Positions 1-13,530 of a stretch of DNA of 64,000 nucleotides are shown here, piece after piece. Below the pieces are notes generated by a model. That model was given only the letters and a program-made list of their open reading frames with translations. It did no database searches and was not told the origin of the DNA. Every line of letters starts with the position of its first letter. Within the stretch, counting starts at the first letter, position 1. A program made the translations under genes and the position numbers. This DNA comes from Takakia lepidozioides (taxonomy: Eukaryota > Plantae > Bryophyta): NCBI GenBank assembly GCA_030704615.1, contig CM060731.1, positions 57,660,001-57,724,000 on the forward strand. The letters run 5' to 3'.

Positions 1-449
1 GTGGCGTTCCCTCGCGCCTTCCCTCGCCCGCGCGCCTGCTCGCTACTCTGCGAATTGGAAACAATGGTGCGGGTCCTCAGCACCATCTGCGAGGGTCTCT
101 GCGAGGGTCTCTCAAGCTGAAAGTCGGGGTTGTCCTCACCAATAGCCTCCATGGTTGCTGAAAAAACCGGGTGCACCTCTCCAAAAGCGTTGCGACGTAC
201 TGCTGCAATCCACAGAGGGGCAGAAGGCGTGGGCGGGCTGAGCGATGAAGCGAAGGAGCAGGTGCGGGAGCGAAGAGGCGGTTTGGTGGAAGACGAGAAA
301 GTGGCGGCTTGGTGGAAGTCGCTTCGCGGCGACGCTTCTGGAAGACGTTTCGAAGATGTGCCAGTACCATCGCAAGCCCCAACGGGTGCCTGAATGACAC
401 GTGCGTTGCCTGAAAGGTCGTAGTCATCACCTGAAAATGCACAATTTCC

Positions 450-930
450 AGCAAGCCTGCACAGACTTCCCGGCACTTCAATCCCCAACGCGTGACCACA
501 CGACACGTGCAGTGCCGCAAAACGTGACACGTAGCGCCTGAAGTGGAATTTTGCGGCAAGTCTGTGCAGACTTGCCGGTGATGCCTGCCTGATAATGATG
601 TTTCTGGGAAGTCTGCCCAGACTTCCCGGATTACGTCTGCCTGAAAACGGGTAATTGCCGGGAAGTCTGTGACGACTTCCCGGCTGGTCTATCCCCAAAT
701 CTAAGGGTAGCCTGGACGCCTGACATTGCATGCGAGGACTGCCCGTCGGTTTTCCGGGAAGTCGGCACAGACTTTCCGGTGACATTGCTGTTAGTCCGCC
801 CAAAGTAGGACTTTCGCGGCCGCCGGGGGTGCAATTCCGGTAAGTCGGCACCGACTTGGACGTTATTTTGATGCCTGCCCCTAAAAACTGAGTCCCGGAA
901 GGCTATTTTTACATCCGGGGGATGCTGTCG
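450..930. repeat. Array of short direct and inverted motifs (GACTTCCCGG/CCGGGAAGTC), probably DNA-transposon subterminal repeats
   Basis: The motif recurs many times in both orientations. Confidence 0.5.
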
Positions 931-1123
931 GCCAGGTGTCGGCCTCTCCCCCCGAGACAACTTCATCTGACCGGCCCCGGATGGAAATTCGGCGCCGTTT
1001 TTCCATCTAGGGGATATTCTCTGGCAGGCACGTGGGGCCGTCATCCTCCGATTTGACGCCATGTCGAATTAAATTCTGCCCCTCATTCCTGGGTATGGTT
1101 ATATTAAATGTTGCTCTTTTTCT

Positions 1124-3047
1124 TTGCCACTTGCCCGACCTTCTCTCGTGACCCACGCGTTTCAAACCGAGACAACAACAACACTTCCTCGCTCCGAGCT
1201 CCTCTCACTTCAGCTTCCCCACACTCCCCCCTCCCTGTGCACCCTGCCTGCTTCTTGGCAACCCATGAAAGACAAGGAGAGATCTTGTGGGTTCCATTTT
1301 CTGCAGAGCTTGTCGCAGTACACAACCAGGCTCGTAGCGCCAGATTTCAGAGAGGAGCACCGTTCCATGTGTCTTGTGTGGAAGCGTGCTCCCACCTTGG
1401 ATGATGCAGAGACACAGTTTGCATGTATACGGGCTTGGTGGACAACGTCAGGTGCTGTTAAAAAATCAGACGAGGGAGCAATGGTCAGTTGGCTAGCATG
1501 GTGGCATTATGGTTTCCTCCAGTTTGGCGACTATATGCAGGAGGTGAGTTGGACGAATTCGCGTCCCGTTGAATATCATCCTACTCATTATTTGTAACTT
1601 GCTTGTAACCTCAACATGTGCATATGCAGGAAATGTGTCTCGACTCCGACACTGACATGCCGACAACAAACATGGCCGAATTAGTACATTCTTCCTGGCG
1701 TGCCTTCTCTGCGGCGCATCTGGTGGACATCCTCACTGCCACAACGGAGGACATTGTGAGGTCAATTATGCAGCAATGCAGGTACAACGAGTTCTTGAAA
1801 GGGAAACAGTGGGGCTTGGGGCCGGACAGGCAGGAAATGCTGATGCGGACTGCCTCCAGATTGAAGAATCCTCGGAAGTGGGCGGCAGCCTTGCGAGAGG
1901 GCCTTCGGGACACGCCATTACTTCGAAGAGGCCAACACTTGGAAGGAGATGTTCACACCCGTCCAGTGAGACGAAGACTTGATGAGGCACCTGGCGGAGA
2001 AGAGGATTCATGGCGAACTAACAAGAATATTCGCACGCTCCCTCGTGGTCCCGTGATGTTGCCCGAGGAGGTCTCGTCGAGCACTGCAAGTCCTGCACGT
2101 TCAAGATCGGCATCTCCTTTGAGCACAGGGCACGTGCCCGAGGAACATATCAAGCCATCTGTAGTAACGTAGTACAATATACCCATTGTGGAGACAAGAG
2201 TGTCGGAGTCACAGTGGAGAATTGCAAGGACATTGCCGGCATTTCGAGGGAAGTGCTGCGCCATCCGGGTGGATACGAGAGCACGCTGTGGTGAGATGAT
2301 TCGGAGGAACCCACACGGTGCTTACCTGCACCTTGTTTCAGCGGCAGATTTTTGACTCCCACATTTGCTCACGCCACAACGCAAACGTTTTGGTTCTGTA
2401 GGCACGACGTAATGACCTGTGTATTTGGCAAGCCCAAGTACGGAATTCAGGGAATGTCGGAGCCTCCGGGGTCTGGCCTGTTGCACCGGGTTGCAACCTC
2501 TCTCAGAATGAGGCGGATGCTCTTTCTGCAGTAGGATTTCGAATGGTGCAACGCACAGACGTCCCGGCCGACGCATTTCCAGTTCCCCAGACCCAACCAT
2601 TGCAGACTGCTTGGTCCAGTAGAGACGGATTGGACAATTCTGCACATCCCACAATGCGATTCGGAAGAGTGAAGAGACGACACCCTCCCAACAAGTTGAA
2701 TGAGACTCGGATTGCCAATGCTCTTGGGATGGTTTGCACTATTCAAAGCTCTGTGTACGTACCCCCACACCGGCCTTGGGCGTGTTTATCGGATGGCAAC
2801 GGCCGGCTTAGCTATACGCGACGACGTATACACAACTATGATTGGAGTGGAGCCGACTTGCAATTGTACGGATTTCTTGTTGATAGAAGCAAAGAAGGGT
2901 TCAAAGTATTATCCGTGCAAACATCTGTATTACATTTACCTGAAGAGGTTGAGGATGAACTTGACTATTGATGACTTTATTCATGCACTAGCGTTGAGCA
3001 TGAACGAGCTGCACAAACTCCTCCGCCGGGATTCCAGAAATCATTGA
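1124..3047 (+). mobile_element. Degenerate Mutator-like (MULE) transposase with C-terminal SWIM zinc finger
   Basis: Interrupted reading frames. MULE-type motif 'PTTNMAELVHSSW' (about 1660-1700) and SWIM motif 'TCNCTDF...YPCKHLYY' in ORF 2700-3047. Probable intron after 'YMQE|GTGAG' at about 1543. Confidence 0.6.
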
Positions 3048-3489
3048 TGGGGCAAAGGGAATCCACCATATGGATATTTACTGCCCAAAGGATACTCGGA
3101 GACTCGAAGTGCAAGGGTAAGACTATCTAACTTATAACTCAGGTTTGGGGCTTCATGCTTGGAGCACCTTTTATTTTTTCCTGATAGTGGAGATGAAGGA
3201 GGCTGGATGGAGATGATGTGATTGAAGATTGTGGGGAGGAGGGTACCATTTGGAATGTTGGTGCTGGAGATATGGTAATTAAACACGGAGCTAGCAGCTG
3301 TTTGAGGTATATGGTGATGATGTTCATTGGGGTGTAACTGCTGCAACTTGCCCCTGATGTCTAGTACATGTCTTTGGTATTTTGATGCATTAGACTTTGT
3401 TTTGTAGTGTAATGAAATGCCCAAAACTCCTGGAATGAGACAGGCAATATTCCAGAAAACTGAGTTCCAACAGTAGCAGTTGTGGGGCC

Positions 3490-3815
3490 ATTTCTGGAAA
3501 AATGGCGCCGAATTTCCCTATTTTGGGCCGAAAACTGGCTAAGTCCCAACATGCACGGGAACGATGTCTGGAAAAATGGTGCCGAATTTCCAGATACATG
3601 GCCCAGAACTGCCCAACATCTGTGCAATCCCCGACACCATGTACCGGAATTCGGCACCACATTTCCAAATTTTGGGCTTACACACCTGCCATGTTGGGAC
3701 ATATAGCGCGAATTTCGGCACCATCTTTCGCCGGAGACACCTATGACCGCGAAATACGTCGCAGATTTCTCCAGTTGCGGAACCTATTACCGCGAAATTC
3801 GGCGCCATTTTTGTA
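3490..3815. repeat. Subterminal-type repeat array (AAATTCGGCGCCATTT / AATGGCGCCGAATTT)
   Basis: About 5 copies in both orientations. A related copy at about 985 lies on the other side of the MULE ORF. Confidence 0.55.
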
Positions 3816-3910
3816 GATGTTGCTCGGAATTCGCATGAGCGGAAGACGAAATATCATGAGCGCGGCTCTCAAAACTACAATTTCTACTTCAAACAATGAA
3901 TATTATATTG

Positions 3911-3944
<34 letters not shown>

Positions 3945-4069
3945 CTGACACATTCCATTAAAATAATATTTTTAATGTTTTTTATTTCCTGAATTTGTAT
4001 TTCTGCTCATGAAAACCGATTGTCTTGCTACTCCGCTCATGCCGTTCATGCTCATGAAATAGCTAACCT

Positions 4070-5549
4070 CCTGTCATTGTCAATTGCTAGGAGCAAGGCA
4101 AGGATGTGTGCATGATTTGTGCAGAGGCAGAGATAGCTGAAAGAGCAGGGATAGAGAGTGTGTCCAGATTCATCCAGGAGAGCCAGATTTCAAGCACAAG
4201 ATTACTTATGATTCCCTGTCATTTGTGTTATTCAAAGCACTTACAAGGCATAGTGGGGAAGACATCATCCATTTCAACATCAGTTTCTTGTTGTTTGTGG
4301 GTGTGACCACTACTAATGGACAGACATTACTGACTACAGGATGGGAGGATATGGAAGAAGAGACTGGCAGCAAGTGCCAGACAGAGGGTTGAATTTATCA
4401 GTACCATGCGAGATAATGATCATACCCTGTTCTATAACAATGTTCCTCATCGTCAATGTCGTGGCCCTTCCGGCGAGACATTTTTGCTTCCAACGCACAG
4501 TGCTCCTGGACATGTATTGCACAAATCTTTGGAATATATAAGATGTATCATGTTGTTGTTAATGGTGTAGGGTTTTGGTTATGAATATTTGTGTATGAGA
4601 AATATACGATACGATGCTAGGGATATAGTGCAATCGATGTCATTTTACTACCCAAATGACAAGTCAGGAGCAACAATGCACTGAGGCATAGGCAGTTTTG
4701 CTTTAACAAGGATAGGTTGAAGTTAGGACAGATGTGTTGCTAAGTATAATAGCTGACTTTCAAGAAATCGATGAACTGAGATTGATTGAATAGATAAGTG
4801 CGGGTTTTGATTGTTATGGTTGTGTTAGGAGTGTGCTTAGGCCCTTCAGCTTTTAGCACTGTGTTTATTGCCCTTTAAACATCTGTTCTGTACATGCAGG
4901 TTGAGAGTGGGGAGGATTTGTTGACACACGGTAGTACCCACAGTTGTGGAGTAGAGGCACAAACGGCCCTCAAACATTGTCAGAGGCCAAGAGATAACGC
5001 GACAGAGAGACATGTGCAGGGCTATCCACAGCTTGTGGAGTACCAGCCTGGAAACATGTAAGAGATTTATTGTGGTTTATTCCCTGACACAAGGTCAAGG
5101 ACAATGTGGTGAGCGCATCTTCTTCAACCTTTTGGCAGTCTGTTTTGCCCTCTCATCATTAGGGTTGGGGTATTTGCTGGAAGAACTTCACGCTGTCAGT
5201 GTGAGCTGAAGGACTGTGAGACAGGGTTAGCTGAAAGACTAGGGATAGAGGTCCAGATTCATCCAAGAGGACCGGGTTTCAGATGTAAGATTACTTCTGA
5301 TTCCCTGTGGATCAATAGCTACAAGAAATCTGCGTGGGTAGATGGTCAATTGGAAACATAAGTGGCAGCAGCACAATTGATAGAACAAAGCACTGCTAAT
5401 GAAGGCACCTTCAACACATTTCAGCCAGTTTTCCCCTGTTATCAGAGTCGTACCTAAATTTTCGTGTTGAATTCTGCAAGTTAGCTGGTTGAGTGAACCT
5501 TTGATTGTTTGGAGTGACTGACATGATACGACCAACATGTGACAACAGG
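4070..5549 (+). pseudogene. Scrambled fragments of the PDF-motif exon/intron cassette of the PPR gene
   Basis: 4070-4218 and 5086-5549 align by eye to 17770-17910, 15226-15300 and 17155-17580, including a PDF-like exon and 'QGQGQCG|GTGAG'. Confidence 0.75.
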
Positions 5550-5699
5550 GAAGCCACGTAGTTTTTTTCATTATTATAAAATGCATTATGCCACGTGGCA
5601 CAATGCGGTGCGACGCGGCGTTTGACATATGTTTTTTTTTAAATTAAAAAATTTAATTTAATTTAATTTAATTTTTTTAAATCAATTGCGCCTCGCCAC

Positions 5700-5911
5700 G
5701 TGGCGCGGCAGCGGCGGCTGCAATATGGTATATATGACTGCAGTAAGAGATATCACTTGGTTCATATGACTGTAGTCATCCGGACCGTACCATCTTGTAC
5801 TCATTGTATTGACTTGGTTTGCACGACTTACAGTCATAGAAGTCATATGTACCGTTTGGTGACTGCAGAATAGTCATATATACAGTCATAAATACACGAT
5901 CTGTTGTAGTG
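5700..5911. mobile_element. Right terminus of a CACTA element
   Basis: Ends GATCTGTTGTAGTG (reverse complement CACTACAACAGATC), with ATATGACT/AGTCATAT subterminal repeats. Left TIR not found. Confidence 0.55.
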
Positions 5912-6457
5912 AATTGAATAGAATTACTTTGTGGTTTAAAAATTTGTACACAGTTACCACAATCTGCAAGACCATCTATTAAACTATTTTGATGAAACAG
6001 ATTGACATGATTCAGTGACAAAGCTTCTTGTCTTTGAACTTGCTAATACCCTTTAGTCGTTTGGTTTGATTTACTATTTCGATTTTGCTATTATCCAATA
6101 TCGTTTGCACCGCTTAGGGACTCCAGGCAGTATTTAAAGTAGTGGGGATCCACGGGTGATGGTAGGGGCCGTGGCCGATAAAGTGTCCAGTTGTCAGGGA
6201 GATTATGAAGGTTACAAGTTCTCGCGGTGGATGGCTCAGATCTATTGAAGATCTGCATGAATGGCTCATATCCTAGGATCAAATAAAAGAAATGAATTTC
6301 GAAAGAAAAAGATGACATGGCGTATTATCCCACGGGGCATTACGCATAAGACCCCCCCGCCCACGAGATTGTACCCCGTAATTCCCCTGTCAGCTGTTGA
6401 CGTGATATTCTGTCATATAAGGTCCTTGCAAATACAAAGGGAAAAATCCCGTAGGGT

Positions 6458-6585
6458 TTTACGTACTAGTGAATGCGCCCCCTAGGGCGCATTATGGCAC
6501 CTAGTTCGTCCCTAGGTCTTGGCCTTGCCCTAGTGACTCATTAGGTGCCATAATGCGCCGTAGGGGGCGCGTTCCCTGGCGTAAA
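6458..6585. repeat. Imperfect palindrome (hairpin) with arms of about 57 bp
   Basis: The left arm ...GCGCCCCCTAGGGCGCATTATGGCACCTA... matches the reverse complement of the right arm ...TAGGTGCCATAATGCGCCGTAGGGGGCGC... Confidence 0.85.
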
Positions 6586-7059
6586 CGAATTTTGGGGGAA
6601 AATTATGTGAGGCCCTGATTGGCTGCAGGGCATAAAAGTCAAACGGCCGATTAGGAGAGTCAAACTGCCGATTAGGAATGCAGAATGCACCATCACCGTG
6701 GAGCAACAATCTTCTGCTTCCTAATTTGCCTCAAAAACGGCATAATCTGCCCCCAAATTTTTTTACAAGCTTAGCTTGGGTTGTTCAGCCCTTGGGGGCC
6801 CTCTTCGGAAGGGTATCGATATTGCTTCACTGACGTGTGTGCATCATGAACTCCAAATAAAGCTTTGCGCAGGGCCACTGTCCCCTGCTTAATTTTTTTT
6901 AAAGTGCATTTGTTTTTTTGTCTTGCGTTTGCCAAAAGGCCCGCCCGACCGTACTATATATATATATATATATATATATGACGCTTGCCGAAGCTAACTT
7001 AAATACAAGCCTCTTCCCCATGTGGGTACTGGCCTCTTTCGGGGGTAGGTTCTATGGTA

Positions 7060-8140
7060 ACAAGTGACCAGTTACTATGCGGCAAACTGGCCACTTTCAA
7101 TCTTTCTTTTGTTGAGGATAATGGCTATTTAGTGAAGTGATGGCCGTGAAGTGTAATGTTTGTAATAGTGGGGTGATATATTTCTGAGGCAGTTTAAGTA
7201 AATTTCTTTTAGGATTAGACTATTGTGACAGTGACCTCCCCCTCTAGCACGACGATGATGATTGTCAGATGGGCAATGTTCCATCCATATTGGGAGGGCT
7301 AGAACTAGGGGTTTGTATTTTTCACGTTTGAACATAATGGATTGACAGAAGACAAATTCAATGATATGAATAGTGAGGGAGGGAAGTGGACCTGTTGGTG
7401 CTACCGACAAGATGGGGAGTTATTGGACAAGAAGAAAATCTGGACATAATCTTACCAGACATAGGTATGGGTGGTTAACGCATGTACACGGTAGCAACCA
7501 TGAGGATATTTGAGTGGTCCGGTGGCCTACCTTGAGATGTGTCTGCATTAACGAGGTTGTACCATCTAGATTTAGGGTGTGTGAGAAGAAGTTTATGGAA
7601 TTGCCAAACTCCTTGATTATGCCGAGTAATGTGAAGTCCATGGATAATAGGATGTGTATAGTGGAGAAGAAGATGCGGCCATGTGTGGACTAAAGTTTGT
7701 CTCTTAGTTAGTTAAGATGGAAGGCACATTTGTAGAAATGGTCGCCACCTTGTAGAGTCTCTAGCTCCAGATGCAAGAACTTCGTACCTGTACTGCCCAA
7801 CTACAAGCTTATCAGTCTCAAGATCTTGGCAATGCTCTCAACAATCTGCAACAACAAATTTCAGAGTTGAAGGAGTCGAACAATGGATTTTCAACCATAC
7901 GAGTCTCTACTGCGACATCTCCTACTACGGTTCATCCACATCTTCAAGAAATTATAAGAGAACCAAAGGTCAGCATGCCCGAGAAATTTGATGGGACGAG
8001 ATCAAGATTTCGCGGTTTTGTTCAACAAGTACGATTGTTCCTACGACTATATCCACAACGCTACCCCGATGAAGGTATTCAAGTGGGATTCGTGGCACCC
8101 TTCTATCAGGCACTGCCCTATCTTGGTTTGCACCGTTGTT
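7060..8140. mobile_element. Conventional Ty3/Gypsy debris: gag fragment (+, 7771-8140) and integrase/PPT-LTR fragment (-, about 7060-7690)
   Basis: 'EPKVSMPEKFDGTRSRFRGFVQQ...YP' is a typical gag segment. The minus strand has 'SMDF' and a PPT GAGGGGGAGG followed by TGTCAC at about 7230. Confidence 0.6.
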
Positions 8141-8419
8141 AGAGAAATTCACATTTACTATACGATTTTGAGATTACCCATGTATTATCCGTATCGAAAT
8201 CGGAGCATTTGCTTAATTTGGGCATCAGTGATTACTGGAGCCTTCCAAAAGCTACGTAGCACGACGCATCGCGACGCGGAAATATGTATCTATATGTGGC
8301 CATATGTACGTAATTACCATGTACGCAGATACATACATGAGAGAGAGATGACTCCGGCATGGGCAAGTGGCTAATGTTCCTTTAGGGGGTGGGCCCTAGA
8401 TACATATATGATTATAATA

Positions 8420-8601
8420 TTAGTCTTGGTGGCATATATGACTGGATTTCTGCCAAGATGACATGGTATTAGTGACTTCAAAGTCATGTGGGCCCAAGGT
8501 GGGGGACTTTCTCTGCGTAAAACAAAACAAAGGTTACTTGAGAGATATGACTGAAATCGCAGTCAAAACAGGAGTGATAAAAGACAAGATCTGTTGTAAT
8601 G
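8420..8601. mobile_element. Second CACTA-like right terminus
   Basis: Ends GATCTGTTGTAATG, one mismatch from the 5911 terminus, with the same ATATGACT repeats. Confidence 0.45.
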
Positions 8602-8852
8602 TTTCTCATCAATACTGTCACTCTAACCCTGGCCAGCGTCGTACCTCAACAATTTGATCGTTTTCTCCATACGCCTGTGAGATTCTGCTGCTGGTCTTCA
8701 CCATCAAAAGACAACAACCCCCAGCCATCCCTCACTATTCCCCTGGCCACCTGGCTCCATTCCAAAGAGAGGGGTCATGGTGCTTGAATGCTAGTGGATT
8801 TGTGAAAATCCAAGTAATCTATGAAGCACTGAATCAAGGAAACTGATGAGAG

Positions 8853-9277
8853 GCTGACACGCGCTTTGTATTGCATGATCTGGGGGAGGAGCAAAATGAA
8901 TTCTCTCTTTGCTACCACAATGAGAAGCTGGCCATTGGTTTTGGGCTGATCAGCACGGCCCCTATGACCCCTCTCCATCTCATCAAGAATCTTCGGGTGT
9001 GTGGTGACTGCCACGCCTCCACCAAGTTCATCTCAAAGATTGTTGGCCGAGCAATTGTTGTACGGGATGCAAACCGCTTTCACCACTTTGAAGATGGGGT
9101 TTGTTCTTGTGGGGATTACTGGTGAAACGATGTTTTTCTGGAAAGGTGCGAGTTCGTGCATCATCCACTGATCTGTGTAGCTACGCAGGTCACCCACCAT
9201 TTCCTGAGAATATTGACAATGATGTACTGTTGATGGCATTTCCTGTGACATACCCTTGGGAATAATAGCGGGGTCTA
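8853..9277 (+). pseudogene. 5'-truncated copy of the DYW domain plus 3' flank
   Basis: Near-identical to 20815-21237: HNEKLA...CGDCH...CSCGDYW, stop at 9125. No upstream PPR motifs. Confidence 0.9.
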
Positions 9278-10089
9278 CCCAGCATAGGCGGTAAGTCAGC
9301 CCATAATTGCATTTGACTGGAGCAGGTAATGAGTGAAGGATGGATTTTGACTGACTCTGGTGATAGTGGAAGGAAATCAGAGCGCGTCCTAATTCTGGTG
9401 TAGGTGGTGGAGCTTCACAAAAGTGTGAAGATGGAAGTGCGTACGATTCGCAATGAGCTTGATTAGAGGGGCAGCCCTGTGCTCAACATTTTAAATATGG
9501 ACATGAATGTTGTCGAAAGCTAGCCTTAACCCACCATGCAAGGGACTACGTCCTCTGTGCATTGCCAAGGGGGGGGGTGTGAAGCTTTCAGCTCCAACAG
9601 CCCAGCCCTGTATTGCACTGCATGACGCAAGGGAACAGGGCGGCCTTGCGGCATGCGCGTGCACGAGAAGGCGGGAAGACGCTGCACTAGGCGCACGTGG
9701 GTCACAACATCTGACACAGCCACATCCTCGAAATTAGCATCTGTACATGACATGGAGAAGGCAATTTTGGATTTATTTGGAGGCAGGGTAATCAGTGAGA
9801 GCGACATTCTGTCTTGCAGTTTTTCCCGAGGCAGAAACTCGGCATAAGTTGCAACAAGCTCTTCCCAAATGAAATCATAGGAATCTGCCCCACATCAAAT
9901 GATCTTTCATGAGTCATCTAACAATGGATAAGTTCAACCCATTTTCACAGTTCCTTCGTATGTAGGTGTAAACTGGACTACAATGTTTCCTTGATTTAGC
10001 GTTACCAGGCGTGAGATGGAGAAACAAGTAATCAAAGTGCCATGGAGCACAGAGAGATGATGCACTGTAAAATCTGCTGGCAATATCCT

Positions 10090-13000
10090 TGTCATGGTTT
10101 TAGTCATGCTTAACTAGAATTACCTACTTCTGGTTAACTAGGACATTTTGGATATTTGTATTTGTTTTTTGTGTGTTGGGACTTCATTTGGTCTCATATG
10201 CCAAGTGAGGTGTCAAGCCTCACTTGGGACATGGGAAGGGGTTTTCCCCTTTGAGTGTTGAGGAGGGCTCCTTTTCTTGTAGTTGAGCCTTCATAAGCCT
10301 CTCTCACCTCCATAGCTCTAGGTATTGAGAAGGAGTGTGTTGAGGGTTTTGTAGAGTGGATTCATTAAGCAAAGGTGCCTTTGGCTTGACTTAGTTTATG
10401 TGATAGAGTGGATTTCACTTGGAAGGACTAGGGCTTGTTTTTAGTGTGATTGCTTCATGCTTAGAGAGCTTTCATTGTCTTCCACTTCTCTCATTTCTCA
10501 CTGCAAGAAGATCACCTTATGCTTGTGAGTGCGGAGTGTAAAGATTAGTTTTGCACTTATATGTTAAAGAGGTTGAGAGCTAGGAGAATTTAGCTCTTGT
10601 ATCACAAGGCTTACAAGGGGTTGCAAGGAAGGGTGCTCGGGTGTTGCATGCACCAAGGAGTTGGAGAGCTTGAGAAGAAAGCTCTTGAGTCACAAGATTT
10701 TGCAAGGATTGCAAGGATGAAGTCTTGTGTGTGTGCAAGCATGGATTCTAGGGTTTGAGAATCCTTTGTATGCATTATGGAGTCAATAGTGTGTGCCATG
10801 GCTTGTGGAGAGTGACTAAAGGCTTGTTAGTGTTTATTTCACTATCAAGCTAGGGTTAAGCAAGTTCAAAGTGTAGATGTTGTGGAAGAGAAGCCAATGA
10901 GCTACATATGCTTGGGCTTGAAGACAACAATGGCAAACACTAAGAAGCTCAAGAGGTTTTGAAAGGGAGCATGTGAAGAAATCTTCCAATCATGGTGGTG
11001 TGGAGCCAAGCTTAGGGCGCCATTGGAAGGGCTTGGAGAACATATGGTGGGAAATCCTTGAAGGGAGATCATCACTCAATCTATGCATAGCTTCACCCTC
11101 ACTATGTAATGTGACAAGAGGGGGAGGCAATACTTGGCTATTCATGCTCTTGGTAGTGTGAGCTTTGTGGTGGATAGTTGACCAAGCAAGTTGTGCATGT
11201 GTGGAGCATGCTCTCTTGAGTTTGTAAGTTCAAGTTTGAGAAGGAGAGCTCTTGAACTAGCAAGAGGTGAAGGCCTTGAGATCCATTTGTGTGTGAAGTG
11301 GAAATGTGTTGATTCATGTTACAATGAAGGAGAGCAACACATAGGCCAAGAGGTCATGGAACATGCATTCAATGACCAAGGGGAGCACATGGATGATGGA
11401 TTAGTGCAAGATCCCAAAGGAGGCATATGACGTGAGAGTGGGATCCAAGGTGGATTGCTTGGGAGCATATTGTAAGTGACAAGCATTACTCCTACACATT
11501 GAGATAATTTGTATTGATTTGGAGCAATTGACAAGTGATAAGAAGACAAATGCATGATTGCTCGGCAATGGAGATATGATAGTTTGCAATAAAATCCCAA
11601 GGACTAGAAGGGGGATTGATTTGGTGGCCAATGATTGCAAGTTGAGTTGGACCACTCTTGGTTGCACATTGGGGTGGAAGAGAGCAAGAAGATGCCTCTT
11701 ATGACCACCTAGAGACCATATTTTTGCTTGAGTAGAAGCATAGAAGTCAAGGACTTGCATTCTAGCTCTTCATTACAAACCCTAGTAGTGTATGCTCAGA
11801 CTATACCTCTGTTAGTTTACCAAACAAGAGCTTGTCCATTTTACTATACCTCTACTGAGGTATCACCATATGTGAACCCTAATTAGCTCAGACTATACCT
11901 CTGTTAGTATACCAAACATGAGCTTGTCTCTTTTACTATACCCCTGTTGAGGTATCACCATATGTGAACCCTAATCAGCTCAGACTATATCTCTGTTAGT
12001 ATATCAAATAGAACCCTCATTCTCATACTATACCTCTGTAAAGGTATCATCAATATAAGGGACCCTAACAACCTCAGACTATACCTCTGTTAAGGTATCA
12101 ACATTGAAAGAACTTAGTGAAATTTAAGGGCATTTGGAGGATTGTTTGGAAGATATTTGAGGGCCATTGGAGTATCATTTGGAGGACTATTGGGAGTCTT
12201 TGGAGGACTCTTTGGGGTCCTTGGAGGACTATTTGGAGTTCTTTGGAGGACTATTTGGGGTCCTCGAGGGCCAAGTTTTGGCAGGCTCTTTGGGCCTTGG
12301 TGTATTGTTTTGGAGTCCCATTGTGCAAGGATTGGGAGCCTTAGTGAGATTGTTTGAGAGACAACAAGAGAGTGTGAAGATAGGGTAGTGGGATGAGAAC
12401 ATGCTGGGATTAGGAGTTGCTTTAGTCTCTCTTCCTTGTAGTCTTTCACCCTCTCTGTAGGCCAAAACCTTTCAGTAGGTGGAGGCAAGAGTCAGTCCAG
12501 GTTTGGGCTGGGGTATCATTGCAGGAGCGACACTGTGGAGTATTTTTGGTGTGGGGGAGTTGCTATCTTGATTTTCTTGTGTTTGGATCCCCTCCACACC
12601 TGCATGCTTGACTGTGCGCCATGTTAGTTTTGTGGTAGGAGGTTGGTCCGGATTTGATCGTTGGCCAATCCTAGAGCGTGCTGTCGGTGATGACCAGTCA
12701 GACCATCATTGTTTCTCTTATGGTGAGGCTGGGTTGATGGGTTGGGCCACTTGTAGGAGAGTTGCATCCCGCACCCTTCTCCTCAGCTCCTTGTCCAAGA
12801 TCCCATACCAGAACTGGACTGCTTGAGCTTCTGTAACCCCTTGGGTTACGTTTATGAAGCGCCTTATGCGAGTGTAAGCCTCCCTAAACTCTCAGTAGAT
12901 CTTTGTTGGAATTCTTGCAAGCTCCGCATGTCCTTATCCCTTGGTAGTTTCTCTTCAACTCCTCGAAGGACTCCACAACTGGGTTAAAGGCAGGCACGGG

Positions 13001-13530
13001 TGCTGGTGCTGCAGCAGGAGCTTGAGTGGATTTCCCAGCTCCTGTACCCCTTGTCCCACTACTAGTGCTTGCAGTTGGGGATGTTGGTATAGCTGCTGTC
13101 ACCGCTGCCATTGTGCCTCTAGTCCTGGAGACATAGTTAGGTGACCAATACTCTCGCCACTCCTCAATCTCCACCGCATGTCCCCGCCTAAATTCATGGT
13201 AATCATCCATGGGCGGCCCCTCAAGGTGCTGGAATAGCCCCTTCCACGCCATAAAGGGCGTAAACAGTCGTGGATTGTGCATTTGCTGCAAATCATACCA
13301 ACTGTCAAACTTATGTATGAAGTCATCAAGCTCGATGGTGCCCACAGCTCCAGAGTACCTACGTGGCCCCTTGGTATCTCCATACATCTTCTCCATCGTG
13401 TCCTACAACAATGACATGGGAATGACTTGCACCTTCGGCGAGAATCATCCTGACTCCGAGTCTGAACTTTCCTCAGAAGACATTGAAGGTGAAGGTGGCC
13501 TAAACCGTACACCTCATCTTGTGTACCCAC
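10090..13530 (+). mobile_element. Truncated, rearranged copy of the split-repeat Gypsy family 1 (repeat A, leader, inverted gag fragment)
   Basis: Starts TGTCATGG like 29128. Repeat A spans about 10090-10500 and the leader is homologous to 29500-31780. Gag-homologous sequence at about 12770-13530 is on the minus strand. Confidence 0.85.
11790..12275. repeat. Tandem repeats in the retroelement leader (about 90-bp CTCAGACTATACCTCTGTTA units; 21-bp TTGGAGGACTATTTGGGGTCC units)
   Basis: Directly visible. The 21-bp array recurs at 31005-31230. Confidence 0.8.

Noticed and set aside
3913-3944. Poly-T tract, and (TA)n at about 6955-6979
   Set aside because: Ordinary simple repeats. No linked TSD or retrocopy was identified.
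11790-12275. CRISPR-like appearance of spaced repeats (also 31005-31230 and 56050-56640)
   Set aside because: Degenerate tandem or subterminal repeats without unique spacers or cas genes, in a eukaryotic context.
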